Origin: Octopus bimaculoides
Taxonomy: Eukaryota
NCBI RefSeq assembly: GCF_001194135.2
Contig: NC_068993.1
Span: 13,799,633 to 13,843,989 of the forward strand
Length of the DNA: 44,357 nucleotides
Reading direction: 5' to 3'
Both the position numbers and the translations under genes were made by a program. This document shows positions 38,200-44,357 of this stretch, piece after piece; position 1 is the stretch's first letter, and each line of letters begins with the position of its first letter. The notes below the pieces were generated by a model. The model saw nothing but the letters and a program-made list of their open reading frames with translations. It had not been told where the DNA came from and searched no databases.

Positions 38200-40250
38200 T
38201 GTTACAAATGCAATTATTTAGAAATGCATTAAGGTTAACCAATAACAAAATAGTAAGGACTTGCCCTTCAACAGATGAAACAAGAAAATTTACTGTTTAT
38301 AACCTCATGACGAATAATGTTAATGCTCTTTATAATCAGTACAAAGTGAGTTACTAATCTGAGGGATAACAATATATTATTAGCAAAAAGGGTACATTGA
38401 AAGATATAAGAGTTGGTGGGAAGCCGAAAGCTTTTTGATATCAACAATATTACAAAAATAACATCGAAGCAGGGAATAGATTGATTACGGAAAAAGCCTT
38501 CGACAGCAATATCTCACAGCTTGCTATTGAGAAGGTTTCACATAAACATAGCAACCCTAATACTTAATATGAAAACTGGATATTAATCATGCTATGTCAG
38601 AGAAGAAAATATTAATAACACTTCAATTTATAGAGAGACAATGCAAGCCTATCCACATAAGAATCGGAATGTTTTTATGGGAACATCTTATGCCTACTTA
38701 CCTTGTCTTGGTTCTACAAATCTTTTGAATCAAAGCAACAATTTAAGAAGATGTATGACGAAGACATAAATCATCTCTGCTACATGAATTATTAAAAACT
38801 ATAAACAAGACATAACACAAAGCAAGGGATCCTTCAGAAATATTCTACATGTCATAATGCAGTGATATCCGAATATGAAGTGGTATATTTTAAGTGTCAA
38901 TGCAGCTTTAAGAATTTGATAAATTTCTCTTGGTCAATATTTCGATTTGTCTCTTTCTCACAGCAAAATAATTTCTTGTGAGGCTCGTGAAGATCCTTGC
39001 CTTACATATTTTAGCGCTAAGTTAAATATTCAAAGAATGTTTAAATTAAATGAAGCTAAAATACATTAGAATTAGAATCTTGCACTAGAAAACTGGAACG
39101 GAACATCGAACCTAGTACTTACAAATATAACTGATAGTACAGAATATAGGAAAGAAAATGATGAAATTGTTATTAAAAAAGAATAAGCCGAAAACAAGAA
39201 TAATCATCACTTTATTCAAGGACAATAGTAAGGTTGTAACAACTATAGACAACGCTCATAAGTAGTTCCGCTCTACTCTTATTAACAGCAACATAGTTCT
39301 AAAAGACACTATGTATAGACGCTGCATGAGTACGTGTGGTAGAGTTTAGTTGCTCAGCATAAATCACAAACGAACGTGCATCATGGAAATTCTGTGCCTA
39401 TAAAAATCTATCTTCAACCAGTATTACCTATCGTAGTACTGCTATGAGGACATTTGAAAGCCATTCATCGTAGGTCTCAGACTAAAAGTCCGCTAGAAGA
39501 GACCTAAAGTCACCCAAAGAACCTAATACTAATAACATGTACATTGATAAAGGGAACTTTTATCAACCATATGGCCAGACTTTCAGAAGGTAGGGAGTGA
39601 CTGTTGATATTTCGGATGACAAGCGATTGATCATGGTTTTACTTCAGAAATTTGCTACAGAAATTTGCTGCAGGAAAGTTACTTACTACAAGCGTGGATC
39701 GTACCTGTCCACCGTCAACGAAACTCTCTTCCTTGTACAATGCCAGCACATGTCTGCATATCAGCAGTCACAGCATGCTGAGCTCGCCTTTCAGAATGTG
39801 CTGACAACAGATCCGAATTTAACTGCGCGAGATTATTGCCAATATTACGAAAATAAATATAATGCCAAATTAAGATGATTAGTTGCACCCACCTGACTTC
39901 CGAGTTACGTAATCTTTGCCAAATGAAAATTACTTAGATATGACCAGAGCGTGTAAGATAGCTTCCATACAGTGGTCAGTATAAAGTCACATTGACATTT
40001 TTCAAAATGATTAATATCAGTGAAGACAGAATCTAACATGTGGCGATAATGTGGCTACAATATCATAACAAGGGACAGAGATAAAAAAAAACAAAAGCAA
40101 TCCGAACCGTTCATTATCTGGTCAATACCCTTACATCACTCATCGGCTTCTTTTCAACAAGGATGAGGAAGAATCTCCTAGGTGACTTCCAATAGAATTT
40201 ATCAAACGCTACAGTTATACCAAAAGTCACGGACAACACTGACTACTTAA
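38200..40250 (+). mobile_element. Heavily decayed non-LTR retrotransposon (APE + RT) remnant
   Basis: A-rich plus strand. RT motifs in the correct order: PKNLILITCTLIR (39514; cf. PKNLRPIxLL), SAYQQSQHAELAF (39753; cf. QxAYxxxRSTTExVF), LDMTRA (39934; cf. LDMSRAFD). Upstream NMKTG and SEYEVV are weakly like APE motifs. Many stops and frameshifts. Confidence 0.5.
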
Positions 40251-40271
40251 GTATGTTTATCAGTTACAAAT

Positions 40272-40434
40272 GCGGGCGGTAGTAGAATCGTTAGAACGTC
40301 GGAAAAAAATGCTTGGCGGCATTTTGTACATCCTCACGTTCTGAGTTCAAATTCTACAAAGTTCGACTTTGACTTTCATCTTTTCTATGTAATCGACTTA
40401 TTTGACATTCCGAAATTACTGTCCTTTTGAAACC
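40272..40434 (+). mobile_element. SINE family A copy, internally deleted
   Basis: GTAGAATCGTTAGAACGTCGG..ATGCTTGGCGGCATTT..GTTCTGAGTTCAAATTC..TTCGACTTTGACTTTCATC..TTTGAAACC. Confidence 0.8.
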
Positions 40435-40735
40435 GCTATGCTTATATTCGGTGGCAAAAAGTTCAAACACAATGTTATTACAAAAATATTTTTAAAAAAA
40501 CAAAGAAACAAAAAAGACCAGACACTTGACGTGCAACGTTATACGTTGGTAGATTGATATGAAAGTTGAAAGTATAGCAATTAAGAAGCATAGGATCTCT
40601 AGGTGTACAACAGGGTTATCAAACACTTATTACAACTGTCCAATAATCGTTCTAAAAAATAATCCATTTTTAGCGCAAGAAAAGTGACTGAGAGAAACGT
40701 TATGCTCAAATTTGTGGGTAGTATAATACGAATTA

Positions 40736-40820
40736 CGGTAGTCCCTCGCCATATCGCCATTCACCTATAACCGGGGGAGGGTTCTGGAATGTAACACCCA
40801 CGATAGTCGAGGGATGAATG
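40736..40820. mobile_element. Very short pogo/Tigger-like MITE remnant
   Basis: TA-CGGTAGTCCCTCGCCATATCGC and (revcomp) CATTCATCCCTCGACTATCGT form imperfect TIRs of the CAGTAxTCCCTCG type. Confidence 0.5.
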
Positions 40821-41040
40821 CATGTGTGCATGTATGATGTATTTATATATGCATGTATGTGTGCATGTATGAATGTATGCATGTAAGCATGTATGCATGT
40901 ACTTATGAATGTTTGTATTTCTGTGTTTATATGTGTATGCATGCATGTATGTATGTAAGAATGTATGAATGTGTGTATGCATGTATGCATGCATGTATGT
41001 ATATATGTATGTATGAATGTATGTGCACACTTGATAGTAT
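40821..41040. repeat. Degenerate (ATGY)n tetranucleotide tract
   Basis: Directly visible. Confidence 0.9.
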
Positions 41041-41199
41041 GAATGAATCTGTAATGAAATATTGACATACAGCCAAACGAGATTTGTCTCAGCAACAAAT
41101 ATTATTGCATCAGTTTCAACGTTCTTCTTGCTGTTGATGTACATGGTGATTTCGATGATTTTTTGAGGACATAATATTTATGTCCTTAAAAAATGCTAC

Positions 41200-41640
41200 A
41201 GTTGGTGGTAACGGCTTTTCCGTATTTCGTATTGGCAATAATTGTAGTGCTTATAGCTGTGATGATGATTATTCTGGTGACGCTAGTTATATTCTGATAC
41301 CGTTATTTCTATAGTTGTGATGATGCCGAAACTGCTAGGGTAAGTGGTAATGGTCGAGGTAGCTATTATAGTTGCGACTGCGGCAGCTGGTTTGATGCCA
41401 GCGAAGATATTGTCGGTGATGACGATGACAATTGTTGGACGATCAATCAGGCGATTTTGATAGTAAAGGTATTCGGCGTTCTGGAGGTGGTTTTAGTAGT
41501 GGTGGCGACGTTGGAGGTAGCCGTGGCAGTGTTAGTGATGGTGATGGTGGTATGGTGGTGATGTTAGTTATGGAACTGCTAAGATTGTCGTGGCGGAGGT
41601 GGTTGTCGTTTCATTGGTGATTTGAGATGATGAATAGATG
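41200..41640. repeat. Cryptic period-3 (GRT-type) low-complexity tract, fossil trinucleotide repeat
   Basis: Recurrent GGT/GAT/TAG triplets with frequent stops. Confidence 0.7.
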
Positions 41641-42051
41641 TTGGTGACTAGCTGAATAACACTTAATTGGAGAATTGCAGCTACTAATATCGCTTTTCCT
41701 TATATATATATTTTTTGTATAACTTTTATTCCTGCTCGCTTTCCCTTCTCCCTTTTTTTGTCTCTCCTCCTCTCTCCTATTTTGTCTCCCCCTCTCTCCT
41801 ATTCTCTCTCCCCCTCTCTCCTATTCTCTCTCTCTCTTTCTCTCACTCCGTATCTCTTTCTCATTGCTGTCATCTTGTACATCATATTCCTCTGTCTATC
41901 TTCCTCACACTTTCTCTTTTCACTCTTACTCTCTTTCTGTCACACTTTATTGTTTCTAAGTCATAACATTACTTTCACCAATTATCCCACACCCTCGCCG
42001 CTGTATCCACTCATTCTCATTCTTTCTTCTCTCTCCCTCCCTTCATTCTAC

Positions 42052-42260
42052 CTCTCTCTCTTCTTTCTCTCCCTCTCTCTCTTCTTTCTCTCCCTCTCTC
42101 TCTTCTTTCTCTCCCTCTCTCTCTTCTTTCTCTCCCTCTCTCTCTTCTTTCTTTCCCTCTCTCTCTTCTTTCTCTCCCTCTCTCTCTTCTTTCTTCTCTC
42201 TCCCTCCCTTCATTCTCCCTCTCTCTCTTCTTTCTCTCCCTCTCTCTCTTCTTTTTCTCC
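42052..42260. repeat. 21-bp pyrimidine minisatellite CTCTCTCTCTTCTTTCTCTCC, ~7 + 2 units
   Basis: Unit directly visible; gives the LSLFFLS / RERRERG ORF repeats. Confidence 0.95.
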
Positions 42261-42562
42261 CACTCTCCCTCTCCCCTCTCCCTCCTATCACACGCATCTT
42301 TCTTTAATTTGTTTTCTATTCTTTTGTTTGTAATTTTTATAGACATATTTGTTTTTTTTTGTTTTTGTTTTATATATAATATATTTTATAATACTATTTT
42401 CACCTGAACGTTACCTTGGAAGTTGCGAATTCATAGATCAATACCGAATAATTGCGTGTGACCGACAAATCATTATCGATTTGCAATGATTGATTAATTG
42501 TGAACTAATTACGTTTTAAATCTTAGTGAGCGAAGAATAATGATGACATTGACAAAGGCATC

Positions 42563-42606
<44 letters not shown>

Positions 42607-42642
42607 CAGCAGCAGTAGTAGCATAGTAGTAGTAGTAGTAGC

Positions 42643-42692
<50 letters not shown>

Positions 42693-42702
42693 CAGTACTA
42701 GT
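42563..42702. repeat. (TAG)n with CAG variants, running into the gap
   Basis: Directly visible. Confidence 0.97.
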
Positions 42703-43269
42703 NNNNNNNNNNNNNNNNNNNNNNNNNNNNNNNNNNNNNNNNNNNNNNNNNNNNNNNNNNNNNNNNNNNNNNNNNNNNNNNNNNNNNNNNNNNNNNNNNN
42801 NNNNNNNNNNNNNNNNNNNNNNNNNNNNNNNNNNNNNNNNNNNNNNNNNNNNNNNNNNNNNNNNNNNNNNNNNNNNNNNNNNNNNNNNNNNNNNNNNNNN
42901 NNNNNNNNNNNNNNNNNNNNNNNNNNNNNNNNNNNNNNNNNNNNNNNNNNNNNNNNNNNNNNNNNNNNNNNNNNNNNNNNNNNNNNNNNNNNNNNNNNNN
43001 NNNNNNNNNNNNNNNNNNNNNNNNNNNNNNNNNNNNNNNNNNNNNNNNNNNNNNNNNNNNNNNNNNNNNNNNNNNNNNNNNNNNNNNNNNNNNNNNNNNN
43101 NNNNNNNNNNNNNNNNNNNNNNNNNNNNNNNNNNNNNNNNNNNNNNNNNNNNNNNNNNNNNNNNNNNNNNNNNNNNNNNNNNNNNNNNNNNNNNNNNNNN
43201 NNNNNNNNNNNNNNNNNNNNNNNNNNNNNNNNNNNNNNNNNNNNNNNNNNNNNNNNNNNNNNNNNNNNN
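42703..43269. other. Assembly gap (567 N)
   Basis: N run between (TAG)n and a GCC/GCT repeat. Confidence 1.
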
Positions 43270-43424
43270 CCGCAGCCGCCGCAGCCGCCGCGGCCACCGC
43301 TGCTGCTACTGTCCATGCTGATGGAAACGATGTACATGGTGAACGTGAAGTATTCGCCGTCAGTGGCTGTAATGATGAACTTTGATTATTTAGTGCAAAA
43401 CATAACTTCTGCGGCCCTAGCTCA

Positions 43425-43595
43425 AGAGCCAATTAACCGAAGCGCGACGAGAGAAGACACATTTGATCGACCTAACTTGTCGTATGGATTGATTGGTTCA
43501 ATCCAATCTGACTTACGCGCTGGCGCTGCAACACCGAATGCGATCGAACCACTTGAAACGAAACGCGAACTGTATGCACCGACCTATATTGGGTT
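43425..43595. promoter_or_regulatory. CpG-rich segment with four CCAAT boxes (putative promoter)
   Basis: CCAAT at 43429(+), 43492(-, AACCAATCA context), 43503(+) and 43588(-); visibly more CpG than the rest of the window. Confidence 0.35.
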
Positions 43596-43598
43596 CAT
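43517..43598 (-). other. Candidate 82-nt exon of an unknown gene
   Basis: Acceptor TTTATCTATTTCAG| and donor |GTAAGT. One open frame (D)EPNIGRCIQFAFRFKWFDRIRCCSASA; product not recognised. Confidence 0.3.
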
Positions 43599-44097
43599 CT
43601 GAAATAGATAAATTCGATGAAGATTGCTCAATCCATCGAAGGAATATTCATTAACCATTCACTTTATAAAGAATCGTATAAGGCGGACGTTGTTGTTGAT
43701 AGATCTATGGCAAATGGTATACGTATGCACAACTCCAACAACAATGCCGCAACAGGCACAAACTATTCGAGAGTGATTTGGCTACGCGTGCGTTATACTG
43801 GACCGGTAATATTACCAGGATATCACATATTTCAAAGTTCTTAGACTGAAACTAGTAATAAACATCTATGAAGTACTTAGAGAGTGATCATGGGCATGGA
43901 TTCATATAGGTTGAGTAGCAGAATTACAAGGGAGTTCTTAAGCAGAGCCGCTTAAATCTGACGTTCTGTACCCCTGCGCAATATTTTACCTGTAATTAGA
44001 TTTCATACCCCATAACTTAGAATTGAAGCCCCTCATTCCTTCAGCCACACCGTTGAGATGGTCATGTAAGTCTCCAAAACGTCTATTAGCTTTTTAC

Positions 44098-44301
44098 TTG
44101 TCTAAATTGTCGGACAACGAACCACTGAAAAGCAGCTCACGCCAGAACAACATTTGTTTCTTTCCGGGAACCCTCTCCACGTGAGCTGTCTTAAACCGAA
44201 TTTTAAATTTATTGACAAGATGCGTCAGTTGCATCCGTTTCTCTACATTGAATTCGCAGCCGCTTATCTCAGAAATCTTTGAACGCAGTCTGTATATTCT
44301 A
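44098..44301 (-). other. Candidate 204-nt exon behind a long polypyrimidine tract
   Basis: Minus strand TTTCTTTCTG(T)nCTTTTTTCCTTTTCAAAG| acceptor. One open frame RIYRLRSKISEISGCEF..SDNLDK; modest donor CAA|GTAAAA (alternative CAG|GTAAAA at 43990). Confidence 0.25.
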
Positions 44302-44357
44302 CTTTGAAAAGGAAAAAAGAAAAAAAAAACAGAAAGAAATTATTATTTCCGCAGTTC

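Noticed and set aside
38405-38700. Helitron/PIF1 helicase Walker A-like GG..KSFLISTIL
   Set aside because: Needs frameshifts, the later helicase motifs are missing, and downstream RT motifs favour a LINE origin.

Overview
Eukaryotic, AT-rich, microsatellite-saturated genomic DNA with nine N-gaps (294-303, 2336-2377, 5044-5718, 7674-7683, 16928-16959, 31152-31180, 34165-34494, 36166-36363, 42703-43269), all flanked by simple repeats. The SINE/MITE repertoire and repeat style point to a coleoid cephalopod, most likely Octopus (recognition from memory, not a database hit). I cannot identify any protein-coding gene with confidence: nearly all ORF-track entries are translations of microsatellites, gaps or SINEs. 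The window reads as a large intron or gene desert. It holds about 15 copies/fragments of four tRNA-derived SINE families, several Tc1/mariner/pogo-type MITEs and remnants, decayed non-LTR (APE/RT) fragments and Penelope-like pieces. Weak splice and promoter signals lie at both ends (536-800 and 43270-44342, minus strand). I did not find a novel biological system. The best leads are structural: a double fold-back built from SINE pieces, SINE tail swapping, an internally inverted Penelope-like repeat and candidate exons next to the last gap. Family labels A-D are my own. Most element boundaries are approximate (about +/-10 bp).
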